Positions 40,344 to 56,303 of a stretch of DNA of 64,000 nt are shown piece after piece. Numbering within the stretch: position 1 is the stretch's first letter; each line of letters opens with the position of its first letter. The DNA comes from Eledone cirrhosa (Eukaryota), in assembly GCA_964016885.1 (NCBI GenBank), contig OZ024741.1, positions 93,062,001 to 93,126,000 of the forward strand. Direction: 5' to 3'. Made by a program: the position numbers and the translations under genes. The notes beneath the pieces were generated by a model. The model was not told the DNA's origin. It was given only the letters and a program-made list of their open reading frames with translations, and did not search any database.

Positions 40344-41003
40344 CGTTGATCTAGAGAGAGGGAGAAAGAGAGCTCGTTGATCGAGAGAGAGAGAGAGGAA
40401 GGAAGGAAGGAGAGAGATAGAGACAGCGTGAGAGCGTGAGCAACAGCAGTTCATAAACATAAAAATAAATTTTTAAATTTAAATTTAAATTTAAATTAAT
40501 GAATGGAAGAAACCGGAAACATAGAGATATAGAAACACGATGTAAATGTCTGTTTACAAATATACGAAGTTATTGTAATATCAGCATATCATACAAGAAA
40601 CAACGAAATCGGGTCAAATACAGATAAGATTATACAAAATCAAACAAGATTATATCAAATTAAATTATGTTACTCAGAAAAATCAAAATTAATACAAGAT
40701 CTGCTTAAGTTAAACCAAAATGCTCTGTATGGTAGACAAACAAAAATAGAAAGCACGTGTGTGTGTTGTCTCCTATGAATGAATCATACAGTGAAAATAA
40801 ACATGTTCAAAACGGTAATATATGTAAAATATACTTCAAAATAATTGCGTCAAAGCACAAAAACTTATCTTTTTTGTATGTTTTCCTTGTCCTCTGAAGA
40901 ATTAAAACCATACATAAATCCGATTACTGTCGATTTAAAATATTAAAATTTCAAGAGACGACAATTCACGTCTTATACCAACAAGTGCCAAGCCTACTAT
41001 AAC
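36121..41003 (-). mobile_element. Full-length CR1/L2-group LINE, family B, copy 1 (ORF2 frameshifted near 38855)
   Basis: ORF1 ~39348-40103; ORF2 split into 38819-39235 and 38685 downward; 3' end (GTAAAAGA)2. Confidence 0.95.
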
Positions 41004-41133
41004 TATATATATATATATAAATATGTATATATATAAATATGTATATATATATAAATATGTATATATATAAATATGTATATATATATGTATATAAATATGT
41101 ATATATATATGTATATATATATATATGTATATA

Positions 41134-41171
<38 letters not shown>

Positions 41172-41458
41172 TGTATATATATAATATTATATATATATAA
41201 TATGTTATATATATAAATGTATATATATATAAATATGTATATATATATAAATATGTATATATATAAATATGTATATATATAAATATATATATATATAAAT
41301 ATGTATATATATAAAATATATATAATATATAAATATGTATATATGTAAATATGTATATATATAAATATGTATATATATTAAATATGTTATAATAAATTAT
41401 ATATATATATATATAAAATATATATATATATATATAATATGTATATATATAAATATCT

Positions 41459-41489
<31 letters not shown>

Positions 41490-41490
41490 A

Positions 41491-41531
<41 letters not shown>

Positions 41532-41540
41532 TGTATATAA

Positions 41541-41577
<37 letters not shown>

Positions 41578-41754
41578 TGTATATAAATATGTATATATAT
41601 ATATATATATGTATATAAATATGTATATATATATATATATAAATATGTATATAAATATGTATATATATATATATATAAATATGTATATATATAAATATAT
41701 AAATATGTATATAAATATGTATATATATATATAAATATATAAATATGTATATAA

Positions 41755-41795
<41 letters not shown>

Positions 41796-42315
41796 TGTAT
41801 ATAAATATGTATATATATATATATATATATAAATATGTATATAAATATGTATATATATATATATATATATATAAATATGTATATATATATATATATATAA
41901 ATATGTATATATATATATAAATATGTATATGTATATATATATATATAAATATGTATATATATATATATATATATATAATATGTATATATATATATATATA
42001 TAAATATATATATAAATATGTATATAAATATGTATATATATATATATATATAAATATGTATATAAATATGTATATATATATATAAATATGTATATAAATA
42101 TGTATATATATATATATATAAATATGTATATAAATATGTATATATAAATATGTATATAAATATGTATATATATATATATATAAATATGTATATAAATATG
42201 TATATATAAATATGTATATAAATATGTATATATATATATATATATATATAAATATGTATATATATATATATATAAATATGTATATATATATATATATAAA
42301 TATGTATATATATAT

Positions 42316-42346
<31 letters not shown>

Positions 42347-42347
42347 A

Positions 42348-42402
<55 letters not shown>

Positions 42403-42419
42403 AATATGTATATATATAT

Positions 42420-42450
<31 letters not shown>

Positions 42451-42517
42451 AATATGTATATATATATATATATATATATAAATATGTATATATATAAATA
42501 CGTATATATGTATATAT

Positions 42518-42548
<31 letters not shown>

Positions 42549-42575
42549 AATATGTATATATATATATGTATAGAT

Positions 42576-42608
<33 letters not shown>

Positions 42609-42609
42609 A

Positions 42610-42656
<47 letters not shown>

Positions 42657-42683
42657 GTATAGATATATATATATATAAATATA

Positions 42684-42723
<40 letters not shown>

Positions 42724-42740
42724 TGTATATATATATATAA

Positions 42741-42833
<93 letters not shown>

Positions 42834-42835
42834 TG

Positions 42836-42917
<82 letters not shown>

Positions 42918-42958
42918 TGTATATATATATATATATATATATAAATATGTATATATAA

Positions 42959-42995
<37 letters not shown>

Positions 42996-43119
42996 TGTAT
43001 ATATAAATATGTATATATATATATATAAATATGTATATATAAATATGTATATATATATATATATATGTATATATATAAATATGTATATATATATATATAT
43101 GTGTATATATATAAATATG

Positions 43120-43171
<52 letters not shown>
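41004..43171. repeat. (TA)n-derived tract, 2.2 kb
   Basis: Directly visible. Confidence 0.97.
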
Positions 43172-43172
<1 letters not shown>

Positions 43173-43245
43173 TCTTTTACTCTTTTACCTGTTTCAGCCA
43201 TCCGGCTGAGGCCATGCTGGGGCACCGCCCTTGTTGCTACACATT

Positions 43246-46200
43246 TTATCTCCAGCCTGCATAGGTTGGCCACTGGTGTAGGAGGGAGTTTGTTGCTGCT
43301 GCCCTTAGGTTTCCCTCGTGTCTTGCTGTGGGCTCATCCGGGATCCTGGACAACAAGGTGTTGAGATGTTTCTTAAAGACATCCACCTCCACGTCATGCA
43401 AGTCTCGCAGATGCCTCGGCAGCCTGTTGAAGAGTTGAGGGCCCTTGAATCCCAGGCTATTGCAATACCTGCTCCTTATTCTAGATGTGGAAGACGGGAC
43501 CTTTGGCACCACACAGTGACGTCCTGTTCGATGGTTGGTCCAGCTCCCAATGCCAAAGTTTGGTGCTAGTCCCTCCAGGATTTTCCACATGTAGATCACT
43601 GTGTATCTCTCCCGTCTTCGCTCCAAGGAGTAGAGGTTCAGCTCCTTCAGCCTCTCCCAGTAGCTTGTCTCCCTCATCTTGGCAATCCTCTTGGTGTAGC
43701 TTCGCTGGATTGCCTCAAGCTCTGTGGTTAGTTTGACACTATGGGGTGACCACAGCTGGGAGCAGTAGTCCAGGCGGCTTAGGACAAAAGTCCTCCACAG
43801 TGTCAACATGGTGTCTCGATCTCTTGTAAGGAAAGTCCTCAAGATCCAGCCAGCGAATCGTCTACATGCTGTCGCCACCTTCATGATGTGTGAAGAAAAA
43901 GATGCATCATCGCTCATGTCTATGCCCAGGTCTCGTATCGATTTTGACACGGGGATATCGGTCCCTCCTGGTCCTGTGTAGCTGTGTTCTGCTATATTTG
44001 TGTTTGTGTTTGCAGGTTTGTATTGTAGGGCTTGGAATTTGCCAGCATTAAACTGCATGTTGTTTTCTTCCGCCCATCTGTATATGGCATCCAGATCCTG
44101 CTGTAAGAGGGCAGCGTCAGCCGGGTTTATGATTGCCTGTGCTACCTTAGTGTCATCAGCATAGCTAGTGAGGGATGTTGTTGCATGCACCACAGAGGGC
44201 ATGTCTGAGAGAGCCACCAAAAACAGTAGTGGTCCCAGGACTGTCCCCTGAGGCACCCCACTTGTTATCGGTGTTTCCCTCGAGAGGGCCCCATTTGCTG
44301 CGACTGCCTGGCTTCTGTCCCTTAGGAAGCCATGCAGCCACTCACCTACTTTTCCAGTTATGCCGAGTCCGTGTAGTTTGTGACATATCATTCCGTGGTC
44401 GACCTTGTCAAAGGCCTTCGCAAAGTCAAGATATATCACGTCTACATGTGAGCTGTCTAGTAGTTGTCTCAGTACCCAGTCGTAGTGATGTAGCAGCTGT
44501 GTAAGGCAGCTTCTTCCTGGGCGGAAGCCATGTTGCGTGCTAGTCAGGTGGTCATTTTCTTCGAGGAAAGTGTTTAGTTTCTTTCTGACGACTCGCTCCA
44601 TGACCTTACTGATATGCGACGTCAGGGAGACTGGCCTATAGTTCTTGGCCTCCGCTCTACTACCTCCTTTATGGATAGGGCATATTGTGCCTTCTTTCAG
44701 CTCCCTGGGTAGTACACCGCTAGCCAAGGAGCTTCTGAAGAGCATCTTCAGTGGAGTTGCTAAGGCCCGCTTACATATTTTTAGGAGAACTGCTGGGAAT
44801 CCATCAGGTCCAGCAGCCGAGTTTGTTCTAATTTCATCAATGGCGTTCACCACATCCTCCTCCGTTATGTCTATGTGGTTGATGGTTGCCATTTCTTGAT
44901 GTAGTGTTGTGGCATCAAAGAACTCCTCTGGCTTCGTTATTTGCATGTGCCTCAGTGGACATGTGAAGACACTTTTGTACTGTTCGTTCAGTATTTCACA
45001 TATCTCTTGGGGATTTTCGGTTAATGAACCGTCCGTGTGGAAGAGTGGTCCAATCTTGCAGTGTACTGAGGCAGTTTCTTTTGCAAATTTAAAGAAGGCC
45101 TTAGGGTTTGTTTTAATGTTTTCTATGGCCCTGTTCTCTTTCCTTGCCCTCTCATTCTCATGTGAAAGCTTGAGTGCAATCTCGGTGTCAAGTAGTGCAC
45201 GTTTCAAATAGGATTCCTTCTTGTTTTGGTTTTGTTGACTATTCAACTGGTTTGAGAGTTTAGTTTTACGTCTCATAAGGATTTTCCTATCTCTGGGAAT
45301 AAGATTTTTGTGTCTGTTTGCCTCTTTCTCCGGGACACACTTTTTGCATATGGTGTGTATCGTTGTCATGAAGTGTTGAAATTGTGTGTTAGTGTGTTGT
45401 GTGGCGATGTTTGCACTCCATGTTTGCTTCCGGATTTCACTCTTAATCTTCTTCCAGTCAGCCCCGTAGACGTTAAGGCTGGATAGCGTCCCGGAGCTTC
45501 TTGGTGGTTTTGTCTCTGTTGGTTCTCTTGGACCACATATCATTAGCTCTACCAAGTTATGATCCGAGAGAATTGTTGGTGTCACCTTTACATTGTGGAT
45601 GAGCACTTCGTTGTTTGTAAAACAGAGGTCCAGGACATTTTCGCCTCTTGTTGGGAGGAGTATTGCTTGCTCCATGAACAGCCTGTGTGTGAGGGCCAGC
45701 AGGGATTCCGTCTGTCTCTGTTCTATTGACGTCATTCCAGGGAGGAGGTGGCCCTCAGGCCATTTGACCTTTGGTAGGTTGAAGTCTCCCAGCAGTAGGA
45801 TGTTGAGACCCTGGTCCAGTTTGTCAAGGACCTCTTCTATCCTACTTAGGCTATCCTCAAATTTACCCTCATGACTGGGGGCATCGGCCGGCCGATATGT
45901 GACACATATTACCGTCTGTAGTTGCTTCATATGTATTATCAGTGTGTCACAGACTGAGTTTGAATGTGTCAACAGTACAATTGGTGTGACATCTTCACGG
46001 ATATACAGAGCAACCCCACCATGAGTTCTCTCCTTCCTGTCCGAACGAAATACAGTATATTTCGGTATATGTATTTCTGCATCTGCTATACTGCTTGTCA
46101 GGTGCGTTTCGGTTAGTGCCATGCATAGTGCTTGATTGCTTATGGCTAAGTCTCCCAGGTAGGAAATTTTACTCATGTTGCTGAGTTTCACCAGGCCCCT

Positions 46201-46287
46201 GACATTCAGCAGCAGCACTGGTGTGACTTTTGGGGTGCCAGTAATGGCTGTCGGTATGACACCTGGTCTGGTGTCAGCAGCGGCCAC
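43246..46287 (-). CDS. Intact LINE ORF2 (APE and RT), 1013 aa, no ATG at the frame start
   Basis: [42 protein letters not shown]. Confidence 0.95.
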   Translation of the reverse strand: MAAADTRPGVIPTAITGTPKVTPVLLLNVRGLVKLSNMSKISYLGDLAISNQALCMALTETHLTSSIADAEIHIPKYTVFRSDRKERTHGGVALYIREDVTPIVLLTHSNSVCDTLIIHMKQLQTVICVTYRPADAPSHEGKFEDSLSRIEEVLDKLDQGLNILLLGDFNLPKVKWPEGHLLPGMTSIEQRQTESLLALTHRLFMEQAILLPTRGENVLDLCFTNNEVLIHNVKVTPTILSDHNLVELMICGPREPTETKPPRSSGTLSSLNVYGADWKKIKSEIRKQTWSANIATQHTNTQFQHFMTTIHTICKKCVPEKEANRHKNLIPRDRKILMRRKTKLSNQLNSQQNQNKKESYLKRALLDTEIALKLSHENERARKENRAIENIKTNPKAFFKFAKETASVHCKIGPLFHTDGSLTENPQEICEILNEQYKSVFTCPLRHMQITKPEEFFDATTLHQEMATINHIDITEEDVVNAIDEIRTNSAAGPDGFPAVLLKICKRALATPLKMLFRSSLASGVLPRELKEGTICPIHKGGSRAEAKNYRPVSLTSHISKVMERVVRKKLNTFLEENDHLTSTQHGFRPGRSCLTQLLHHYDWVLRQLLDSSHVDVIYLDFAKAFDKVDHGMICHKLHGLGITGKVGEWLHGFLRDRSQAVAANGALSRETPITSGVPQGTVLGPLLFLVALSDMPSVVHATTSLTSYADDTKVAQAIINPADAALLQQDLDAIYRWAEENNMQFNAGKFQALQYKPANTNTNIAEHSYTGPGGTDIPVSKSIRDLGIDMSDDASFSSHIMKVATACRRFAGWILRTFLTRDRDTMLTLWRTFVLSRLDYCSQLWSPHSVKLTTELEAIQRSYTKRIAKMRETSYWERLKELNLYSLERRRERYTVIYMWKILEGLAPNFGIGSWTNHRTGRHCVVPKVPSSTSRIRSRYCNSLGFKGPQLFNRLPRHLRDLHDVEVDVFKKHLNTLLSRIPDEPTARHEGNLRAAATNSLLHQWPTYAGWR

Positions 46288-46399
46288 TCTGGCTTAACTG
46301 CGGTGGTCTCGAGTGCTGGTGTGGATGACCCTGGCTCTGGAGACGATGCAGCCAGGTCAACTGTCCCACAATCTTCTCTGCCATCACTAAAAAATTTTT

Positions 46400-47155
46400 C
46401 TAATCTGCTGCTGCCATCTGTATCTCGTCGGCATGTGCGTGCCTTCTCCTTGTTGGTGCAGCACGCGCGACATCAGCATACTTCTGGAGCGGCTTATTTC
46501 GGCTTAGGCTGGGGCATGTTGCGCGAGTATGATGGGCATAGTTCGTTTGAGACCTAGGGTGGGCGAATCTGCATCCCATCCCTGTCTCTCCATGCCAGCA
46601 TGTCCCGTTCTTGAAAAACTTGCACATTACTTGGGGTTTTTTGCTCCCAGTGTCTCGGTGCTTTCTGTTCTTTCTTTGAACAGTTGTCCACTGGTCCCTC
46701 TGCGCTTGGTTCTCCTTCGGAAGGTGATTTCGCTTTTCACCTTTGCCCTTAGCTTGTTGGTTGCCCGGCCTGCCCTCCCTGCCTGTAGCGGAGGGTATAT
46801 CATTTTCTTTCAGGTCCGTGCTTGTGCTCTCCTCCTTTTCTTTTTCCCTTTCCTTTTCCTCTTCCTTTTCCCTCTCCTTCTCCTCATCCCTCCCTTCGGT
46901 TTTCTCCTCCCTGAGGACACGGCTTAGCATCGCCATATGAGGCGCTATGAGGACATACGCCTTCTCAATTTCTTTTCTCTTTCTCTCTATCTGTACCAGG
47001 GTCCTCAGAAACCCATGGCTCTTCAGGTTCTCCGCCATCTTTTTGCTTGGTGGAGACCCATCAGCCATAGTCCACCCCTTGATCAAAACCGCTAGTTCAA
47101 TCTTCGACCAGTTTCGCTGACACCTGATTTCACATTTTTCCTGCATGCAGTCCAT
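46400..47155 (-). CDS. LINE ORF1: Myb/SANT(trihelix)-like domain, charged linker, CCCH finger
   Basis: RNWSKIELAVLIKGW...KKMAENLKSHGFLRTLVQIERKRKEIEKAY; CKFFKNGTCWHGETGMGCRFAH. Confidence 0.8.
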   Translation of the reverse strand: MDCMQEKCEIRCQRNWSKIELAVLIKGWTMADGSPPSKKMAENLKSHGFLRTLVQIERKRKEIEKAYVLIAPHMAMLSRVLREEKTEGRDEEKEREKEEEKEREKEKEESTSTDLKENDIPSATGREGRPGNQQAKGKGEKRNHLPKENQAQRDQWTTVQRKNRKHRDTGSKKPQVMCKFFKNGTCWHGETGMGCRFAHPRSQTNYAHHTRATCPSLSRNKPLQKYADVARAAPTRRRHAHADEIQMAAAD

Positions 47156-47347
47156 TTCGCTGTGGAGGGGGGAAAGAGAGACAGTGGGAGGTGTAGGGTA
47201 GAGGTTAGAGAGGGACAGAGTGAGGGAGGGAGATAGAGATATAACTCCAGCGAGAGAAAAAGAAAGAGAAACAGAAGAAAAGAAAAGAAAAGGGGGAGAC
47301 AGAAGAGGGGAGCGAGAGAGATAGCGGGAAGAGTGGGGGGGGGGTCA

Positions 47348-47396
<49 letters not shown>

Positions 47397-48063
47397 CGTT
47401 GATCTAGAGAGAGGGAGAAAGAGAGCTCGTTGATCGAGAGAGAGAGAGAGGAAGGAAGGAAGGAGAGAGATAGAGACAGCGTGAGAGCGTGAGCAACAGC
47501 AGTTCATAAACATAAAAATAAATTTTTAAATTTAAATTTAAATTTAAATTAATGAATGGAAGAAACCGGAAACATAGAGATATAGAAACACGATGTAAAT
47601 GTCTGTTTACAAATATACGAAGTTATTGTAATATCAGCATATCATACAAGAAACAACGAAATCGGGTCAAATACAGATAAGATTATACAAAATCAAACAA
47701 GATTATATCAAATTAAATTATGTTACTCAGAAAAATCAAAATTAATACAAGATCTGCTTAAGTTAAACCAAAATGCTCTGTATGGTAGACAAACAAAAAT
47801 AGAAAGCACGTGTGTGTGTTGTCTCCTATGAATGAATCATACAGTGAAAATAAACATGTTCAAAACGGTAATATATGTAAAATATACTTCAAAATAATTG
47901 CGTCAAAGCACAAAAACTTATCTTTTTTGTATGTTTTCCTTGTCCTCTGAAGAATTAAAACCATACATAAATCCGATTACTGTCGATTTAAAATATTAAA
48001 ATTTCAAATCCGGAGAGATGACAATTCACATCTTATACCAACAAGTGCCAAGCCTACTACAAC

Positions 48064-50083
<2,020 letters not shown>

Positions 50084-53000
50084 TCATCATCATCATCATC
50101 ATCAACGTTTAACGTCCGTGTTCCACGCTTGCATGGGTTTGGACGGGGGTAGTCCCACTTGAGGCAAGAGTGATTGTCTTGCTCGCATAGGACTGTCTGG
50201 CAGGTTTTCTACAGTTGGATGCCCTTCCTAACACCAACCACATTTACAGTGTGGGTCTGGGAGGTTTTTACCGTGTTGCCTACACGGCCACATTACAGCG
50301 TGGACTGTGTGTTTTTTTGTCGTGACACCTACACGATCTCATTTGTTTCGGCCTGGATGGCGCGGCACCAACATAACTTTACATAGAACGGGGTGGTGTG
50401 GATGGGGTGGGGGTGGTGGCGGGACGGGGTGTATTTTGTTAGAGATGCCTATTGGCAAGGCGGGTCTTCTGTTACTGAGTACCGCCAAAGGTCACGGTCC
50501 AGTGACATTGTCTTGGAGAGGTGTAAGTGTGTGAGGTCGGAGTTTATCAGCTCATCCCATGTTTTTCTAGGTCTGCCTATTCCGTGGCTACCGTCTATCT
50601 TTATTGCCCTGCACTTTGTAATACAGCTATCGACTTTCATGCGCATCACGTGTCCATACCAACGCAGCCTTCTCTCGAGTAAACAACATCTGATCCCTCT
50701 TATCTCTAATTTTTTCCTTAGTTCGTTTATGCTTTGCCGTTCACGTATATTACTGTTACACATCCAGCGGAGCATGCAAGCTTCGTTCCTCTCTAGTCTG
50801 CGTATATCCTCTGCACACAATGCCCAGGTCTCACTACCATGCAACATTGCTGTTCGTATGCAGGCATCGTACAACCTGCCTTTCATTTTTAGGGAGAACC
50901 CTTTAGCAGCTAATAGAGGTATAAGCTCTCTGAACTTTTTCCAACCAGTTCTGACTCTAGCTACAGTACTTTCAGAGCACCCTCCCCCACTGCTGATTTT
51001 ATCGCCCAGGTAACGGAAGCTGTCCACTATTTCTATAGAACCCTCTGCGCAATTGAAAGAGCTAGTATTTTGTGGGCACTTGCTGCTACTTATTGCACCA
51101 GAACACCGGCCACATGTAAAGTCTATGTTCTTAGTTAGCTTACCTGTGATCCCACTACATCTTTTATGCACCCATACTTTGCATTTAGGACATAAGATGG
51201 AGTTTCTACCTACGCCTTTCCTACATACCGAGCACGACCATTTCCCAGAAGGGACCGCCGCCTTGTTTTCTTTCCTACAAACTAGAACTTTGGTCTTAGC
51301 CAGGTTAATTTTAAGTCCTTTTGACTCTAGGCCGTGCTTCCATGTTTGGAATTTCTTCTCTAGCTCGGCCATTGATTCCGCTATGAGTGTCAGGTCGTCT
51401 GCGTATAGGAGTTCCCATGGGCAGCCTGTCTTGAACTCCTCTGTTATAGCCTGAAGGGCAATAATAAATAGTAGGGGGCTGAGAACAGAGCCCTGATGGA
51501 CGCCAACTTTTACGCTAAACTCTTCACTATATTCGTTGTTAATTCTAACCTTGCTGACTGTTTCTTTATACATGGCTTGTATAGCCCTCACAAGCCATTC
51601 GTCAACGCCTAGTTTTCTAAGAGCCCACCAGATAATGGAGCGGGGGACTCTGTCGAAGGCTTTCTCCAGGTCGACAAAAGCTAAGTAGAGGGGTTTACCT
51701 TTAGCTAGGTACTTCTGCTGTAGTTGTCGTACTATGAAAAGAGCGTCTGTGGTGCTTTTGCCTGACACAAACCCGAACTGCATTTCATCTAGATCAATTC
51801 TCTCTCTGATTAGTTGCGCTATTACTTTTTCCGTGACCTTCATGACCTGGTCGATTAATTTAATGCCTCTATAGTTACTCCTATCTAGGGCGTCTCCTTT
51901 ACCCTTATAACAGTTAACGATGATGCTGCTATGCCAGTCCTTCGGAACAAACCCATTCTGTACGACTTGGTTAACTATGCGGGTGACCATGGTGTGTCCC
52001 ACCGTGCCAGATGCCTTCAGCATCTCAGCAACTATTTCCGAAGGCCCAGCCGCCTTACCAGTCTTCATATCCTTGATTGCCTTACTTATTATACTCCCCT
52101 CGACTAACACTGCTGGTCCCTCTATCGGGTCGATATGGGGGAGACTGTCTTTCTCCCATTTATTCTCCTCATTTAGTAGCCTTTCATAGTGACACTTCCA
52201 AGCTACCTTCTTATCAGTGTCGGTGATGGCAAGTATGCCATCATCGTTAAGTACACACTTCTCCCCGACAATATCACGGTTTTCCTTGACGCATTGCCTG
52301 GCAATCCTGAACACCTCACGTTTTTGGTCATCGCGTTGTAGAACATGCTTGAACTTTCTTTCCTCAGCTTCCCTTCTTGCTAAGTACACTTCTCTCCTAG
52401 CTTCCCTCCTGGCCACTTGATAGTCTACTCTACTTCCCCCATCCCGCCATACTTTCCAAGCCTGCTTTTTGGCCTTAATTGACCCCTCCACCCTATTGTT
52501 CCACCACCATGTTACTCTCCTCCTGCCTACAGGCCTGCTCCAGCCACAGACTTCGTCTGTCGCCAACAGCAGGTTTGCTTTCAGAAATTTCCACTGTCCC
52601 TCTATATTGTCCGATTCTAGATGCTCTTCCTTACTGTCGAAAGCATCAAGTAATATGCTTTGAAATTTATTTCTGGCTGTGGGGTCCTTTAGTTTCCATA
52701 TTTTCCTCCTGAGGATAGTCCTCTTCTGCTGTCGGGTACGTCTCGTCCTGACTATGAGGTCGCTAATTATCAGTCTATGTTGGGAGGTGCATTCTTCATG
52801 GGGGAGGGATTTAGTGTTTACAACAGACACTCTGTCACGTCTTCTGGTAAGTATATAATCTACCTGGCTTGTGTGTTCCCCGGATCTATAGGTAATCAGG
52901 TGATTGTCACGTTTTTTGAAGTTAGTGTTACAGATAGTTAGGTTATTTGCATCACAGTATTCCAGAATTCTGGAGCCTTCCTCATTTCTAGTACCAAACC

Positions 53001-54070
53001 CATAGCCTCCATGGATTTCGTCGTAGCCGTCACAATGTTGTCCAACGTGACCATTTAGGTCGCCTGCAATAATTATATAGTCACTGTCAGATATTTGGGA
53101 GGTAGTTAGCAACAGTGTCTCATAGAATCTGTCTTATAGTGCCGGGCAGTCCGGATTGGGGTGCGTACGCAGATATTACTGTCACCGTAGTTCTATTGAG
53201 GACAAGTCTTATTTTAATTATTCTGTCGTTCACTCTATTTACGTCTATTATCTTATCTGCCCACTTTTCTGCTACCATGATTCCTACTCCACCCAGCCCA
53301 TCGTCGTTTCCCACCCAGAAAAGCTTATAACATCGTTTTTTACCCTCAATGAATCTAGCAGACCCACCCCTCCACCTGGTCTCTTGAATACAACATACAT
53401 CGACCTCCTTACGTTCAAGCATTTCTACAACCTCGTTAGCGCGACCCTTTAGGGTGCCTACATTTATGGTACCAACTCTGAAGTTTTGGGCGTCCAGATT
53501 TTTCTCTCCCTTCCACTCTCCAGGATTCCGCAGTCCGTCCGTCCATCCATCCATCCATCATATATCGAAGGCAACCGGGCAAGCGATAGTATATGCCTCT
53601 GGCTTATGATTTGGTCCGCGTAATAATAATAATGGTGATGCGTGGGGGTGGGGGGCTCTGGCTTATAATAATGGTGGTGATGCGGGGGGGGGGGGGGGGG
53701 GGGGGGGCTCTGGCTTATGATTGGTCCACGTATTAAGTATGGTGGCGTGTGGGGGCGGGAGGGAGGGGTGTGGGGTAGCTAGCTGGAAGGTTATGAATGT
53801 TTAACAAGCGATTTAACAAAAAGCAAAACTGCAAGATTTGTTCTGTTCAATACGACAAAAACACCGTATTTAAACCTTAAATAGATAACAAAAAAATACA
53901 GATTTCGGATTTTGCGAGATTGGATGTTTGTTTGGACTATGTACGGAATTGAGCGTGGAAATGGAGAGAAGAATTTGTACTTTACGATTTACATGAGTCC
54001 ATCATAGAAATAATTGAAGCAGCGGTGGATTGGCGAAAGTGAATAAACATATATATATAAGTGAATAAAC
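50084..54070 (-). mobile_element. Full-length RTE LINE (APE-RT with PHD insertion); frameshift near 53135 and small deletion at the stop codon
   Basis: ORFs 53120-53554 and 50449-53112; (TGA)n tail; 5' UTR with three ctctggcttat... repeats (53597-53760). Confidence 0.95.
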
Positions 54071-54082
54071 ATATATATATAA

Positions 54083-54133
<51 letters not shown>

Positions 54134-54179
54134 TGTATATATATATATATATATATATAAATATGTATATATATATGAA

Positions 54180-54540
54180 GATAGAACTGAACCTTTGGCA
54201 TTGAAAAGACCACACTTTAACTCAAATCCTTCTATAAGACTTATATGTCCCTCCAAATCAGATATTGGAATAATTAGCAAAAAAAATTTTGGATAGAGTC
54301 ATCCCACAAATAAGAAAACACGTTATTTTACCACTCTGGGAAAACACCTCCCAGGTAATTAACTGGTTTAAAAATATTAAATGTAAATCTTCTGCTTCAT
54401 TTCTACAATTTGATATAGATAATTACTATTCTTCTATATCACCTATACTCCTGAACAAAGCATTGATATTTGCTAAAAATAGATCTAACTTAACTTTGGA
54501 TGACATTAATATTATTACACATGCTAGACTAACACTTATT
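54180..54540 (+). mobile_element. Internal PLE RT fragment flanked by TA tracts
   Basis: [24 protein letters not shown]...[22 protein letters not shown], homologous to the 61731-64000 ORF. Confidence 0.88.
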
Positions 54541-54542
54541 AA

Positions 54543-54589
<47 letters not shown>

Positions 54590-54662
54590 TGTATATATAT
54601 ATATATATATAAATATGTATATATAAATATGTATATATATATATATAAATATGTATATATAA

Positions 54663-54729
<67 letters not shown>

Positions 54730-54730
54730 A

Positions 54731-55757
54731 ATCATCATCATCATCATCATCACCGTTTTACGTCCGTTCTTCCACGCTAGCATGGGTTAGACGGGTTGTC
54801 CTGTTGTGGGCAGTGTCTGGTCGGCTGACCATGCCTTGCTCATACAGGAACTGATCTGGCTTGATTTCTACAGCTGGATGCCCTTCCTAACACCAACCTC
54901 ATTTACAGTGAGTGCTGGGTGCTTTTTCGTGGCGCCTACACGTCCACTTTACAGTGTGGGCTGGGTGCTTTTTTGCCGTGGCACCTCCACGACCACCTTG
55001 CGGTGGGGGGTGGGGGGGGGGGGCATATTGTTTATATGCTTCAGCATGTACCCATGGGAGGTCGGGTACCCTGTATTACTGCGTGACGCCAGAAGTCACG
55101 GTCGTGTGTCATTGACTTTGAGAGGTGTAGTTGGGTAAGGTCGGCTTTTATCACCTCATCCCAAGTCATCTTGGGTCTCCCCACTCCGCGGTTTCCATCA
55201 ACTTCTAGTGCTCTGCACCTTTTTATGCAGCTGTCATCCTTCATACGCATCACATGTCCATACCAGCGTAACCGCCTCTCCTGCACGCAGCATTTGATTC
55301 CTCTTATGCTCAGTCTCTCTCTCAATTCATTTATGCTTTGTCGTTCACGTATATTACTGTTACACATCCATCGGAGCATGCAGGCTTCGTTTCTCTCTAA
55401 TCTACGTAAGTCTTCCACCTTCAGCGCCCAGGTCTCACTACCATGCAACATCGCTGTTCGGATACACGCATCATACAGTCTGCCTTTCATTCTGAGGGAG
55501 AAGCCTTTTGCAGCTAGCAGTGGTAGTAGTTCCCTAAACTTCTTCCATCCCGTTCTTACCCTAGTTATTGTACTTTCTGAGCACCCACCTCCGTTGCTAA
55601 TTCGGTCACCTAGGTAGCAGAAGCTGTCTACTGTTTCTACAGGGCCCTCCCAGAGATTGGTGGTACTTGTTTCCTGTGGCTGTTTGCTTGCTGTTTCAGC
55701 ACAGCTGCTGCATGTGAATCCTACATTCTTAATTAAGCTTCCTGAGATCCCGCTACA
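54731..55757 (-). mobile_element. 5'-truncated RTE LINE of a second subfamily
   Basis: ORF 55041-55490; distinct 3' UTR; (TGA)n tail. Confidence 0.93.
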
Positions 55758-55778
55758 ATATGTATATATATAAATATG

Positions 55779-55812
<34 letters not shown>

Positions 55813-55916
55813 AATATGTATATATATAAATATGTATATATATATATATATATGTATATATATAAATATGTATATATATATATATATATATAAATATGTA
55901 TATATATATAAATATG

Positions 55917-55988
<72 letters not shown>

Positions 55989-56069
55989 TGTATATCTCTA
56001 TATATATATATATATAAATATGTATATATATATATATATAAATATGTATATCTATATATATATATATAA

Positions 56070-56100
<31 letters not shown>

Positions 56101-56108
56101 AATATGTA

Positions 56109-56184
<76 letters not shown>

Positions 56185-56303
56185 CATATTTATATATATA
56201 CATATTTATATATATACATATTTATATATATATATATACATATGTATATATATATATATAAATATGTATATATATATATGTATAATGTATATATATATAA
56301 ATA
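55758..56303. repeat. (TA)n-derived tract with an internal inverted block
   Basis: taaatatg units switch to catattta at ~56125-56240 and then back. Confidence 0.92.

Larger units (their letters stand above)
43172..48063 (-). mobile_element. Full-length CR1/L2-group LINE, family B, copy 2
   Basis: Near-identical to 36121-41003 at an offset of ~7050 bp. Confidence 0.96.

Noticed and set aside
40890-40960. CTGAAGA in the LINE B 5' region as a hammerhead
   Set aside because: No helix II or GAAA partner, and it is antisense to the element.
53900-54070. HDV-like ribozyme at the RTE 5' end
   Set aside because: I could not build the nested double pseudoknot by eye; a structure-descriptor search is needed.
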